Both the position numbers and the translations under genes were made by a program. From an uncultured Candidatus Poseidoniales archaeon (GTDB lineage Archaea > Thermoplasmatota > Poseidoniia > Poseidoniales > Poseidoniaceae): 64,000 nt of DNA. The notes beneath the pieces were generated by a model. That model was not told the origin of the DNA. It ran no database searches and saw only the letters and a program-made list of their open reading frames with translations. Below, piece by piece: positions 54,174 through 64,000 of the stretch (positions are counted from its first letter, which is position 1; every line of letters starts with the position of its first letter). Location of the stretch: contig CAJIYT010000022.1 of NCBI GenBank assembly GCA_905181715.1, positions 26,466-90,465 of the forward strand, read 5' to 3'.

Positions 54174-54234
54174 TAAACTGCGCATCTTTCATGTGTAATA
54201 ACCCACAGGCCTCACCAGTGGAGTTGCTACGACA

Positions 54235-55530
54235 ATGCCAGTCGAAAATAGTAGAATGAAGGGCTTCTACCAGTTCTCCGTAAAAGAACGGCTCAATCTG
54301 ATCAAAGCTGCTGCTGGATTGAGCGATGAAGCAACAAATGCCCTCGGTTCATTTGCTGAATTAGATATTGAAACTGCCAACCGCATGGTTGAAAATGTGA
54401 TTGGAACCATGTCTTTACCCATAGGAATAGCCACTAATTTCGTAATTGACTCAAAACACTACCTAATCCCCCTCTGCACCGAAGAAGCAAGTGTAGTTGC
54501 TGCAGCCTCAAACATGGCTAAGCGTTGCTTGAAGAACGGAGGTTTCTTCACCGAATGTGACCCTCCGCTTATGATTGCTCAAATCCAGGTCTTAGATGTA
54601 GAGGACATACCTGCTGCAGAAGAAGCAATTGCAAAGGCCAAGGAATCTCTAATCAGCCAATGCAATGATGTTGAATCGACAATGATACGCCGAGGTGGTG
54701 GTTGTAAGTCTATGCTTACCCGTGTCATTAAGACCCAAATAGGCTCAATGCTCATAGTACATTTAATCGTTGATTGCCAAGATGCAATGGGAGCAAATGC
54801 GGTAAATACAATGGCAGAAAGGATCTCACCACGCATTGCTGAATTATCGAAAGGCAGAGTTAATCTCCGCATACTCTCAAATCTCGCAGTCCACAGAATT
54901 GCTAGAGCTAGTGCAATCTTTACCCCAGAGGAGATAGACAATGACGGCGGTAGAGAAAATGGATTAGCGATTATCTCAAATATACTAGAAGCATACCATT
55001 TCGCCGCATCCGATCCATTCAGAGCAGCAACTCATAACAAAGGCCTGATGAATGCCATCAGTAGTATTGCTCTTGCCTGCGGGCAGGATTGGAGAGCTGT
55101 CGAAGCTGGCTGTCATGCATGGGCAAGCCATGGTCGCGAACATTATTCATCCCTTACAGATTGGTGGCAAGACGACGAAGGTAACCTCTGCGGACGAATA
55201 GAAGTGCCACTAGCAGTTGGAATCGTAGGCGGTGCATCGAAGATACACCCTGCTGCTAGAGCGAACCTTGAGATTATTGGTGTCGAATCAGCCCAAGAGT
55301 TAGCTGGAGTGATGGCAGCAGCAGGTTTAGCGCAAAACCTAGCTGCAATGAGGGCCTTATCGACAGATGGCATTCAAGCAGGCCACATGCGCATGCACAT
55401 GCGCAACATGGCTAGTAGCGAAGGGGCGAATAGCGATGAAATTGATCAAATCGCCATACTACTCGAAAATTATAGTGAAACAATAACCCCACTAGTAATT
55501 CGCACTACTCTGCAACAGATTAGAGAATGA
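54235..55530 (+). CDS. hmgA: HMG-CoA reductase, class II
   Basis: ENVIGTMSLPIGIATNFVIDSKHYLIPLCTEEASVVAAASNMAK and downstream DAMGANAVNTM motifs typical of class II HMGR. Confidence 0.85.
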   Translation: MPVENSRMKGFYQFSVKERLNLIKAAAGLSDEATNALGSFAELDIETANRMVENVIGTMSLPIGIATNFVIDSKHYLIPLCTEEASVVAAASNMAKRCLKNGGFFTECDPPLMIAQIQVLDVEDIPAAEEAIAKAKESLISQCNDVESTMIRRGGGCKSMLTRVIKTQIGSMLIVHLIVDCQDAMGANAVNTMAERISPRIAELSKGRVNLRILSNLAVHRIARASAIFTPEEIDNDGGRENGLAIISNILEAYHFAASDPFRAATHNKGLMNAISSIALACGQDWRAVEAGCHAWASHGREHYSSLTDWWQDDEGNLCGRIEVPLAVGIVGGASKIHPAARANLEIIGVESAQELAGVMAAAGLAQNLAAMRALSTDGIQAGHMRMHMRNMASSEGANSDEIDQIAILLENYSETITPLVIRTTLQQIRE

Positions 55531-56160
55531 TCATTCTTCTTGCAACAACAGCGTAGATTGAACTGTTTCATCCATTTTCTCATCCCTTAGGGCGACCTTA
55601 TCGGCCATCCCTTCAAGCAATCCCGCATTAATCACCTTATCTCTAAACCATTTCTTGACCTTTTTGCGATCGGTATGCGGACAACCGAATACCTCTGAAA
55701 ACCGCAAAGTGGTTGTCAATCGGCGAGTATTTCCAGTCCTACGACGGTCTACCAATCCCGCTTGAGCCAATTCCCGAATATGATCATAGGCTTTCTGACC
55801 TAGCAATTCGACTAGTCGAGATTGCTGCATAGGTTGGTGATAAGCGATTAGTGCTGCTGCTTTGAGAAGCTTTTGGGGAATCTCTGACTTGGTCTCCTTT
55901 GGCAGATGATCGGCTATACCTGGCTTGACCTCAATAGCAAACCTGCCAGCAACTTCAACCATTTGTAACGCACTACCCCGGCGCCTTTTGCTGGTTGCAA
56001 TCAATGATTCAAGAGCTTCTTTCACTTCTTCTATCGGATAACCCAGCAATTCGCACAATTCTTCGCCACGTAACGAACGGCCGGCGCTGAAGATAGTGGC
56101 TTCCAATAATGCCTCCAAATCTATCTCGCTCATACTTCCATCCCCTAATCCACTAGCCAC
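55531..56160 (-). CDS. scpB: Segregation and condensation protein B (ScpB)
   Basis: Tandem winged-helix pattern (LEALLEATIFSAGRSL...VEVAGRFAIEVK); last gene of the smc-scpA-scpB operon. Confidence 0.65.
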   Translation of the reverse strand: MASGLGDGSMSEIDLEALLEATIFSAGRSLRGEELCELLGYPIEEVKEALESLIATSKRRRGSALQMVEVAGRFAIEVKPGIADHLPKETKSEIPQKLLKAAALIAYHQPMQQSRLVELLGQKAYDHIRELAQAGLVDRRRTGNTRRLTTTLRFSEVFGCPHTDRKKVKKWFRDKVINAGLLEGMADKVALRDEKMDETVQSTLLLQEE

Positions 56161-57251
56161 CCATCGAGTTCTCCGACAACTTCAGATCTCTCTTCGACAC
56201 TAGCCTGTAACGAATCCTTTACCACAGCCGCTCTTTCTTGCAAGTTTGGCTGCGGGTTGTTTTTCAATTCCACCAGAGATTTCGCCTCTTGGAAACTAGT
56301 TGCATCTGGGCAAAGGTCTGAAAGCACTATCTGCCCCGCAGGAACCTCTTTTTGAGATATTTGCGCATATCCGCGGTTGGCTAAGAATAGACAGGCAATG
56401 AATGAGGTAACCTTAGCTTCGGCTTTTTGGTCAGCCCCAGTAAAGCCTTTTGCTGCAAGTTCTTCCAGCATAAATTCTCCCAAAGAGGACAACTCAACTT
56501 CAGATTTACCAACTTTCTTTGTAGCCTGCCGCATGGCTCGCCAACTGATTTCAATATCGCTCTCAAGGTTTTCATCATGCATTCGAGAATCTACTGAACT
56601 CAGCATCTTTGCCAATTCTTCAGCATGTAAAATACGGTTTTCATCACGAACCTTTTGCACCTCTGCGTCATCACATGCATCTTTTAGAGCAGAGAGTAAT
56701 TCTCCAAGAGTTACTGGTCTACCCTCCTCGTTCCTACGCACTCGTTCATCGAATAAGTTGGGCAAGACCTCATCTGCTTCACCCGCCAAGATGGTCTGTG
56801 TGAAAACAAAACCTTCGTCGTCATAATCAGATTCCCAGCCGAAATCAATGAATTCCTCTTCGCTGAAATCAATCGCTTGCACTCTCTCGAACAATATTGC
56901 AGCTTGATTGTGCAATACCTCCCACGACAGTCTAATCAAACGACCACAGGCTGGAAGGTCTAGGTCACTTGCTTCTTTTCTCACACGCTCGGTGAATAGT
57001 TTCAAAAAGGCACCAAGGTCGATATTCCATGGATCCAAACCCTCTTCTTTGACAAGAGAGAGAACTAAGGCTACCGAACGGTCAAACGGATCGACTAAGG
57101 TTTGATGCTCTGCTTCCTCGGATTCGGCTATCTGTTGTATACGGTCTGCATAACGAGCAGCTTCATCAGAATCCTCTTCTGCCGCTAATAGTTGATCGAG
57201 AACATCTTGTCTCAAGAACCAAGAGTCGAGAAGGACTTGCTGCAAGTTCAA
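56145..57251 (-). CDS. scpA: Segregation and condensation protein A (ScpA kleisin), long form
   Basis: Position between smc and scpB with 4-nt and 16-nt overlaps; helical N- and C-terminal winged-helix-like ends; 368 aa. Confidence 0.55.
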   Translation of the reverse strand: MNLQQVLLDSWFLRQDVLDQLLAAEEDSDEAARYADRIQQIAESEEAEHQTLVDPFDRSVALVLSLVKEEGLDPWNIDLGAFLKLFTERVRKEASDLDLPACGRLIRLSWEVLHNQAAILFERVQAIDFSEEEFIDFGWESDYDDEGFVFTQTILAGEADEVLPNLFDERVRRNEEGRPVTLGELLSALKDACDDAEVQKVRDENRILHAEELAKMLSSVDSRMHDENLESDIEISWRAMRQATKKVGKSEVELSSLGEFMLEELAAKGFTGADQKAEAKVTSFIACLFLANRGYAQISQKEVPAGQIVLSDLCPDATSFQEAKSLVELKNNPQPNLQERAAVVKDSLQASVEERSEVVGELDGWLVD

Positions 57252-60200
57252 ACCTCCTCTTCAATACCTATTTGTTCTTCATCAGCAGAAGTTGTTTCCT
57301 CTTCCTCAGAGGCTGCTTCCAACAGTGCTTCGACGATTTCCCTGCGCTCTGTGATATCTTCTGTTAAGTCTTCAGTCCTTTCAACTATAGAGGAGAAGTT
57401 TGTATCTACTGCAGCCTCTGACTCATCTGCAACAACCTCTTGTGCTATGTGATTTAGAAGATTTCCAAGACTGCTTGGTGCTGCTAATGCCTCTGGTACC
57501 TTTGGCATGTCCTTGGCCTGATTACTCGCTTCTTCGATACGGCTGTGATTTACATCTGCAGCCTCTTTCGCTTCCTTGAGTGCAGCCTCACCTAATGTGA
57601 TTGCTCTCTCACGGTCAAAGTCAACGATTCTCCGGCTACAGCCATCTCCTCCGTGGGTTATGCCGATGTGATGATCGGCCAAACGCAATGAGACCTTACG
57701 TAGAGTCACCATGATGAATTGTGCTGCTTCACTGCGCTCTCTACACATTTTTGCGATTAATCCTGCATTATATGCATCAAGGTTTTGATCGACTTCGTCG
57801 AAATAGTAGAATGGACTAGGGTCGTGATCTTGAATAGCGAAAATCAATGCTAATGCTGCCATGGATTGTTCACCACCAGAAAGGCCCTGCAGTCGGCTCT
57901 TACTCGACTTACCACGCGGTTGTGCCCACATGTCGAGACCGCCCTTGAATGGATTCTCAGGATCTTCTAGGAACAACTCACCTCTACCACCATCGGATAG
58001 TTGATTGTAGACCTTCTTGAAATTCTTATTTACCTCTTTTAGGACCGCTAGCAAACGGCTCTTGCGCTGTCCTTCCAACTTATCGGTAATGGTAATCAAT
58101 TGCTTTCTTCTTTGCTGTAAGGTTTTGAAATCATCCTTCATCGAAGATAGTCTTTCCTCACATTCACCATATTGCTCGATTGCGAGCATATTGACTGGTC
58201 CATAGGCTTCGAGTCTACGCTCGAGGGCGCGCAAACGCTTTTCTGCATCACCAACACTTGGCAATTCTACCTCGGGGTCTGCTATAGCAATCGCCATCTC
58301 CGCCATCTCTGTAGCTAACTCAATCAGTTCGTTTTGCTTGTTAGCAACTGACCTAGTGATTTCTTCTGCTAAGCGACGACGGTTCTGAGCATCATTCGCT
58401 TTCTGGGAATAACTAGCGCGTAATCCTGCACGTTCTTCGGTCGAACGCATTCTTTCGTCCTCTAGACCTTCGTGTTCTTCCATAATGACGGCTCGTTCTG
58501 ACTCTCTCTCTGTCAATTCCTTGCCGTCTGTTTCGATTGAAGCAGTCCAGGTTTTGATTGAGGCTACTCTCGCGGCAATTGACGATTGGATGTCGTCAGC
58601 CTTACCGGTTAAACGATCGACCATGTCTTGTAAAAGACGACTCTTGTCCTCTCCTGATTCGAGAATAATAATCGCTTTTGCACGCATTCCTTCAGCTTCG
58701 ACCCTTTGTTGCTGGGCCTCATGCAAACGCTGACGTAGATGCTCTGGGCTGGATTGTTGTAATTTATCTAGGGCCGAGTCTCTCGCTGCCTCACTGGTCG
58801 AATGGATTTGTTTAGCAGCGGTAAGGGCGCTTGATTTGTTATTGTTTTCTTTACCTAATTCCTCAAGCCTCTTCTCATGAGCGATAACCACTCCTCTCGC
58901 CTGCTCGAATGCTTTCTTACCCATGGCCATCTCCGAGCGCCACTCACGTAATTTGATTGAATGGTCGTCGCTTGAAAGTGCAGTGATGCGATTACGAACT
59001 TCTTGTTGGCGAGTCATAGACTCGCTCAATGCCGCCCTAACAGTATCCGACATCAACGATAGGCGCTCGACTTCGGCTGCTAATTTATCGACTTCGCTAG
59101 CCCCTTGAATACGTCCGCCAAAGCCGACTTTCATCCGCGCTCGACTGCCACCTATCATCGCTCCACCGGGTTCTGTGACTTCACCTCTAAGAGTAACTAG
59201 GCGAACACCGCCCATCAAACGACGTGCGGTAGCTAGGTCTTCTACGACTAGAGTATTACGCAATGCATAGCGTACTGCTGCTTCGATACGAGGGTCGAAA
59301 TCGAGTAATTCGTATGCGAAACCGACAACACCTGGTTTGTTCACAAGCATTGCTGCTTTACCGGATGCTCGATTGGCTTGCATTTTATTCAGTGGCAAGA
59401 ATGTTGCTCTACCGGATTTCTTTGAGCGTAAATGTGCCATTGCTTCGGCAGCGATGCGGTCATCTTCGACCACTAGAGAGGACATTCCTCCTCCGACTGC
59501 CGTTGCTAGAGCCTCGGCGTGTTCATCTTCCTTTGGAGCACATAATTCAGCAATTGTGCCGATTATTCCGCGTAATTCCCCTCTATCACGAGCAGCGATA
59601 ACCGATGCTGCACCTCCGCTCATTCCATTGGTTCCAGAACGGCTTTCTAATTCGGTTCTAACACTGACCAATTTGCGTTCAGTCTCTCTTAATCTGCGCT
59701 CAACCGCTTCGAATTCAGTCCGTAATTTAGATTCTTCACGTTGGCTATTCAGTAGATCTTCGGCTAATTTACTTCGATCTTTATCGGGGTCAACATCGCC
59801 TAAATCCTCGCCGAGTAATTCAAGGTCATCGATTTGTAAGCGCGCATCTTCCAGCAATTCCTCAGAGGCTGCTACCTGTTCGGAGATCAATTCCATCTGT
59901 GTTTCGATTCTATCTGCTTCCAATTGTGCATGTGCAACTGCTTCTCGTGCAGTTTCCAGGGCTTCGGTCGCTTTTGAAAGGTCTCTTGAGAGGCCAATTG
60001 TTGCTTTATCAGTGTGTTCAAGAGTGGTGCGGACATCCTTTTCGGTTGCTTCAGCAGCTTCGAAAGTTGTTTTTGATTTCTCAAGATCGAGTTTTGCAGA
60101 CGCTAGTGCCTCCACGTGGCCGGCCAATGATTCGCTTACTTCTGCGATCTCGGCTTCGATATTTTCAACCTCTGCCATTCCTTCCACGTTGAACTCATCT

Positions 60201-61171
60201 GCTGAACGGATTCGGTCACGGTTTCTATCGCATTCCAATTGTAATCTGCGAATAACATCCATCAAACCTCCGCGCTCATCGCCCATGACCTGCTTTATCT
60301 GCTTCTCAAGTTCTCCGATACGGTCGTCGAGTGAAAGTAAAATCCTCTCACCTTCCTTGACCTCTTGACTCAAGGCACCGGCTTCAGACTCATACCTTAC
60401 TCTCTCATCTATTTGATAGCGGATTTCAGCATCTAATGAGCCATGGCGAGATTGGTAATAGCGAACCCTTGCTTCGTCATGCTCTTCTTTGAGTGATTTG
60501 ACCTTCAGGGCCTGTTCCTTTTCCTTTTTTAGGCTTTGAAGGCGTACTTTTTGCTCGTCTTCGAGTAAGGTGATTCTTTCGATGTATTCCTCGACTTGAT
60601 CTTTTTGTCGGTCTGCCTTACGAATCTCATCGTCATAAGAAGTGACTCCTGCTACTCCATCGAGAACCTTTCTCCTCTCTACAGTAGTCATTTTTGAAAG
60701 GCGGGTTACATCTCCCTGCAAGACGATATTGTATCCGTCTGGGCGAGCGTTGGCTTGGCCCAAAATTCGGTGGAATGATTTTTGCGAACTCTCATTTCCG
60801 TCGAGGAAATAGGTAGTGACGATATTATTCGACTTTGTCAAACGAACGTGGCGGCTCATTCGCACCTCGTCGTTGTCAACGGGTAATCTCCTTCGACCGT
60901 TTGCAAGCATTGGATTAGCAAATACCAATGTTACTTTGCATTCCCGTGCTGGGTGATTGGATTTACCGCCATTAAATATCAAATCCTTGGCATTTTGGGC
61001 GCGAAGAACTTTGGTAGAGCGTGGGCCGAGGACGAATTGTATGGCATCGCCACAATTTGATTTACCAGAGCCATTAGGTCCGGTAATGGCAGTGAAACCA
61101 CGAACAAATGGAATTGTCGCTTCGCCTTTGAACGACTTGAAATTTTCAACCTCTAGGCTCTTGAGATACAT
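57248..61171 (-). CDS. smc: SMC chromosome segregation ATPase
   Basis: N-terminal FKSFKGEATIPFVRGFTAITGPNGSGKSN, long coiled coils, hinge, C-terminal LSGGEQSMAALALIFAIQ...YYFDEVDQNLD; 1307 aa with acidic tail. Confidence 0.9.
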   Translation of the reverse strand: MYLKSLEVENFKSFKGEATIPFVRGFTAITGPNGSGKSNCGDAIQFVLGPRSTKVLRAQNAKDLIFNGGKSNHPARECKVTLVFANPMLANGRRRLPVDNDEVRMSRHVRLTKSNNIVTTYFLDGNESSQKSFHRILGQANARPDGYNIVLQGDVTRLSKMTTVERRKVLDGVAGVTSYDDEIRKADRQKDQVEEYIERITLLEDEQKVRLQSLKKEKEQALKVKSLKEEHDEARVRYYQSRHGSLDAEIRYQIDERVRYESEAGALSQEVKEGERILLSLDDRIGELEKQIKQVMGDERGGLMDVIRRLQLECDRNRDRIRSADEFNVEGMAEVENIEAEIAEVSESLAGHVEALASAKLDLEKSKTTFEAAEATEKDVRTTLEHTDKATIGLSRDLSKATEALETAREAVAHAQLEADRIETQMELISEQVAASEELLEDARLQIDDLELLGEDLGDVDPDKDRSKLAEDLLNSQREESKLRTEFEAVERRLRETERKLVSVRTELESRSGTNGMSGGAASVIAARDRGELRGIIGTIAELCAPKEDEHAEALATAVGGGMSSLVVEDDRIAAEAMAHLRSKKSGRATFLPLNKMQANRASGKAAMLVNKPGVVGFAYELLDFDPRIEAAVRYALRNTLVVEDLATARRLMGGVRLVTLRGEVTEPGGAMIGGSRARMKVGFGGRIQGASEVDKLAAEVERLSLMSDTVRAALSESMTRQQEVRNRITALSSDDHSIKLREWRSEMAMGKKAFEQARGVVIAHEKRLEELGKENNNKSSALTAAKQIHSTSEAARDSALDKLQQSSPEHLRQRLHEAQQQRVEAEGMRAKAIIILESGEDKSRLLQDMVDRLTGKADDIQSSIAARVASIKTWTASIETDGKELTERESERAVIMEEHEGLEDERMRSTEERAGLRASYSQKANDAQNRRRLAEEITRSVANKQNELIELATEMAEMAIAIADPEVELPSVGDAEKRLRALERRLEAYGPVNMLAIEQYGECEERLSSMKDDFKTLQQRRKQLITITDKLEGQRKSRLLAVLKEVNKNFKKVYNQLSDGGRGELFLEDPENPFKGGLDMWAQPRGKSSKSRLQGLSGGEQSMAALALIFAIQDHDPSPFYYFDEVDQNLDAYNAGLIAKMCRERSEAAQFIMVTLRKVSLRLADHHIGITHGGDGCSRRIVDFDRERAITLGEAALKEAKEAADVNHSRIEEASNQAKDMPKVPEALAAPSSLGNLLNHIAQEVVADESEAAVDTNFSSIVERTEDLTEDITERREIVEALLEAASEEEETTSADEEQIGIEEEV

Positions 61172-61341
61172 CCCATTCCCTCATAGACGGATACTAAGTT
61201 CCGACATTAAGCCTTCAGCGGCTCGAGATGGGTATTAAACAATGGCACTGGACTAGACCTATGGCTTGCGTTTTGAAGACCCTATCGTGACGCCGAGAAC
61301 CCTTGAATGAAATCGCTATAAGTTCTCTAAGAAATCTTATC

Positions 61342-62142
61342 TCACTCGATATAACCCTTATTGCCACAGCGCTTACAGCCCTGGCCGCTACATATGTGGC
61401 AAGATCTTTCCACTTTGAAATCGCCATCTTCGCGAAGACCTGCTTCGAATTCACATTCAAAGGTAGAAAGACCCATTTCACCCCAGAGGTCACCGACGGT
61501 GGTGAACTTATCCATTGCCTTGGATTTCTTCTCCATGCCTTTTAGCGACCCGCCGCTGGAAAATGCACGATCCATCTCTACGCGCTCTTTTTCAAGACGC
61601 ATTGCATCATCGACTTTTTTCTTATCCCCGCCATCATCCTCGTTAACGAATTTACGACCTCTGACCAAGAAGACACCAAGGATAAATGCACCTAGTTGAA
61701 TTACAACTGGCTCAAGATGATAGGGCAATAGCACCGCTATTTTCTCAGCCTCGACATGGGGGCTAAGCTCAAAGGCATCAACGATAGCAAAGGCAATGAA
61801 TACTGGACCAAACATGAGAGATATACGCCTGATTCTGGTTGCCCACTTCCCAGTTCGTGGCATTTTTATAAATCCTGCACCGAATAAAGCCACACCTTCG
61901 ATCAACATCATGATGTCTGGCCCACCAAAGGTCCCGAGGTAGTCAAAACAGTCACTAGTCATCCCCCTCTCGACACTGGCTTGAATCGATTCATCGGAAC
62001 AAGAAACAGAGCCCAATTTAGAGAGATTCATCTTAACAGGAGGGTCTACTGGTGAAAATGCACCGAGATATACGTTGGCAATAACCACGCCAATCAGTAC
62101 CAAGCCGATGAGGCTGGCGAGTTTACCCTTGCGCGCCATCAT
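61342..62142 (-). CDS. Polytopic membrane protein with C-terminal DnaJ-type CxxCxGxGCxxC zinc-finger
   Basis: Four to five TM helices, then a cytoplasmic region ending in CHICSGQGCKRCGNKG. Confidence 0.4.
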   Translation of the reverse strand: MMARKGKLASLIGLVLIGVVIANVYLGAFSPVDPPVKMNLSKLGSVSCSDESIQASVERGMTSDCFDYLGTFGGPDIMMLIEGVALFGAGFIKMPRTGKWATRIRRISLMFGPVFIAFAIVDAFELSPHVEAEKIAVLLPYHLEPVVIQLGAFILGVFLVRGRKFVNEDDGGDKKKVDDAMRLEKERVEMDRAFSSGGSLKGMEKKSKAMDKFTTVGDLWGEMGLSTFECEFEAGLREDGDFKVERSCHICSGQGCKRCGNKGYIE

Positions 62143-62220
62143 TAACTGGGGGGTGATTAAGAGTCATAGTGATGTCGGCTGATAAAGCAAGTCGTTTTCA
62201 ATAATAGACCTCTGGACAGG

Positions 62221-63810
62221 TTGTTGCTGATGCCGCGAGTAATCATTATCGGAAGCGGTATCGCTGGACTTTTTGCCGCATTAGAACTCAGTGATGCGGG
62301 TTATGATGTGCTCGTAGTCACAAAGCAACGCCCTGAGGACTCCTCGACAAATTGGGCTCAAGGAGGAATTGCTGCTATTCTCGATCAAACCGATAACTCG
62401 GGTATCGAGTCACATATCACTGACACACTAGCCTGTGGCGATGGACAATGCGATGAGGAAGTGGTAAGGGTAGTGGTTTCCGAAGCAGGTGATAGAATCA
62501 GAGATTTACTATCAATAGGAGTATCCTTTGAAAAAGCCGGAGAGGAGTTCCATTTTGCTAAAGAAGGAGGACACAGCACTGCAAGAATCCTTCACGCAAA
62601 AGATGCAACCGGTAAGGAGATAGAATCCGCACTGAATAACGAAGTTTCTCGACGAGAAAATATCGAGTTGAGACCAATGACTCTCGCTGTCGATTTGATT
62701 CAAAGAAAACATGGCGCTATCGAAGAGGGAATATGTGGAATCTGGTGTTTGAACCTCGATGATGACACCATGACCACCGAACTTGCTGATGCAATAATGA
62801 TTGCAACTGGAGGTGCAGGTAAGTTGTGGGCTAAGACCACAAACCCCCCAGTAGCAACAGGTGATGGTTTGGCAATGGCCCATAGAGCAGGTGCTTGTGT
62901 GAAAGATATGGCCTTTGTTCAATTCCATCCAACCGCACTTATGATTACTGATGAGCGTCCATTTCTCATCACTGAAGCCTTACGCGGAGCAGGTGGGGTC
63001 TTACTCGATGATGAGGGGTTAGCAACTCATCTCAAGGAAAGAGGCGACCCAGCACCCCTCTCATTTACCCTTGAATATTCAACAAAGGGATCATTGGCAA
63101 CTCGAGATATAGTAGCGAGAGCTTGTGATAATGTCATCAAACGGAGTGGGGCTGATCACGTGTGGTTGGTTTGCGACCATCTCGACACTGAGGAGTTACA
63201 ATCTTCATTTCCAACAATTACCGAAAGATTGCAGCGCCACGGACTCATACTAGGCAAGGACCCGTTGCCTGTTGCTCCCGCTGCTCATTACATGGTAGGA
63301 GGTCTTGACGTAGATTTGCAAGGAAGAGTCCAAACCTCGGATTCAACTGTTATTCCTGGCCTCTATGGCATTGGCGAGGTGGCTTGTACCGGCATGCATG
63401 GTGCAAACCGTTTAGCTTCGAACAGCCTTCTAGAAGGGGTCGTCTTTGCCCAAAGAGCCGCTAGACATATCATCACCGAGTTACCATCATCTCTCTCACA
63501 ATCACCCGATTGGCTAGCCGATGGCTTGCAAGAATTGTTAGAACATTCACCATTACGCCATGACCTAGAATCATTGCAGGCAACGATGACTGATGATGTC
63601 GGCCTTGTGCGTCGGTTTTCCCGCCTGAAAAGAGCGCTGAGAAGATTGAATCTTCTAAGTGATGAAGTCGATCTGGTTTGGAGCACTTGCCGGCCAAGTC
63701 GGGATCTAATCGAACTAAGAAATCTGATTTTAGTCGCTACGTTGATTGCCCAAGACGCCCTACAGCGTACACAAAACCATGGTTTGCACTTCAATGCAGA
63801 CTTAGTTTAG
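62221..63810 (+). CDS. nadB: L-aspartate oxidase
   Basis: FAD dinucleotide-binding IIIGSGIAGLFAALEL; STNWAQGGIAA and HYMVGGLDVD motifs of the NadB/fumarate-reductase flavoprotein family; 529 aa, no covalent-FAD HSHT motif. Confidence 0.7.
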   Translation: MLLMPRVIIIGSGIAGLFAALELSDAGYDVLVVTKQRPEDSSTNWAQGGIAAILDQTDNSGIESHITDTLACGDGQCDEEVVRVVVSEAGDRIRDLLSIGVSFEKAGEEFHFAKEGGHSTARILHAKDATGKEIESALNNEVSRRENIELRPMTLAVDLIQRKHGAIEEGICGIWCLNLDDDTMTTELADAIMIATGGAGKLWAKTTNPPVATGDGLAMAHRAGACVKDMAFVQFHPTALMITDERPFLITEALRGAGGVLLDDEGLATHLKERGDPAPLSFTLEYSTKGSLATRDIVARACDNVIKRSGADHVWLVCDHLDTEELQSSFPTITERLQRHGLILGKDPLPVAPAAHYMVGGLDVDLQGRVQTSDSTVIPGLYGIGEVACTGMHGANRLASNSLLEGVVFAQRAARHIITELPSSLSQSPDWLADGLQELLEHSPLRHDLESLQATMTDDVGLVRRFSRLKRALRRLNLLSDEVDLVWSTCRPSRDLIELRNLILVATLIAQDALQRTQNHGLHFNADLV

Positions 63811-64000
63811 TGAATCTATCTGTGCTAGCAATAAGGTGTTTCTAGGGCAAGGAAATCCTGCTCTTTCGCCTCTTCGGACAACCTCGCCGCAAATCATCTC
63901 AATCTCGGTCTTCCGCCCATTGCGTACATCTTGCAACATACTGCATTCGTTTTCATATGTACGAATAATCACTTCCCGTAAAGTCTCGACTAAATCCTCA

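Noticed and set aside
54215-54223. CCAGTGGAG, resembling an archaeal mini-ORB core (CCAGTGGAAA)
   Set aside because: Single copy only, 12 nt upstream of the hmgA start, with no flanking AT-rich unwinding element and no second inverted copy; more likely part of the 5' leader or promoter than an origin.
59337-60368. 343-aa ORF antisense to smc
   Set aside because: Ser/Arg-rich product of the antisense of the coiled-coil codons (GAA/GAG-rich sense strand); spurious.

Overview
Gene-dense archaeal chromosomal segment with 49 supported CDS and no rRNA, tRNA, CRISPR array, integrase or transposase. Archaeal informational genes are: multi-OB-fold RPA plus an RPA-associated-like partner, Hel308/Hjm helicase, Orc1/Cdc6, ribosomal protein S6e, aIF2-gamma followed by the conserved PIN-domain gene, diphthamide synthase Dph2, and an smc-scpA-scpB operon. 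A DNA gyrase gyrB-gyrA operon and a class II HMG-CoA reductase are also present. Many proteins are acidic, and there are several giant exported proteins with PKD, SBBP-propeller and TSP3 repeats. Together this points to a Thermoplasmatota-like marine archaeon, for example Marine Group II/Poseidoniales; this is inference only. Other content: a Tad/archaeal type IV pilus-like ATPase with T2SSF membrane components, a TldD/PmbA pair, and housekeeping enzymes (gyrase, IPMS-family, AroD, NadB, Tmk, acyl-CoA dehydrogenase, PRTase). An exported peptidase cluster comprises a 1478-aa PKD metalloprotease, an M28 peptidase and an M61 peptidase with PDZ domain. The most unusual items are: (1) a tightly coupled three-gene operon at 51100..54073 encoding a degenerate-Walker-A Arch_ATPase-like protein with winged HTH, a beta-propeller protein and a small conserved protein. 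It sits next to a striking array of three ACGCGT palindromes spaced one helical turn apart in the divergent promoter shared with the HMG-CoA reductase gene. (2) A bacterial-type class II tRNA nucleotidyltransferase (GGAVRD head domain) in an archaeon, divergently paired with a ParB/sulfiredoxin-like gene. (3) A membrane-anchored protein combining EF-hand loops, an MBT/Tudor-like (FDGW) domain and a recently expanded poly-acidic repeat. All calls are from reading the translations and DNA directly; no database searches were possible.
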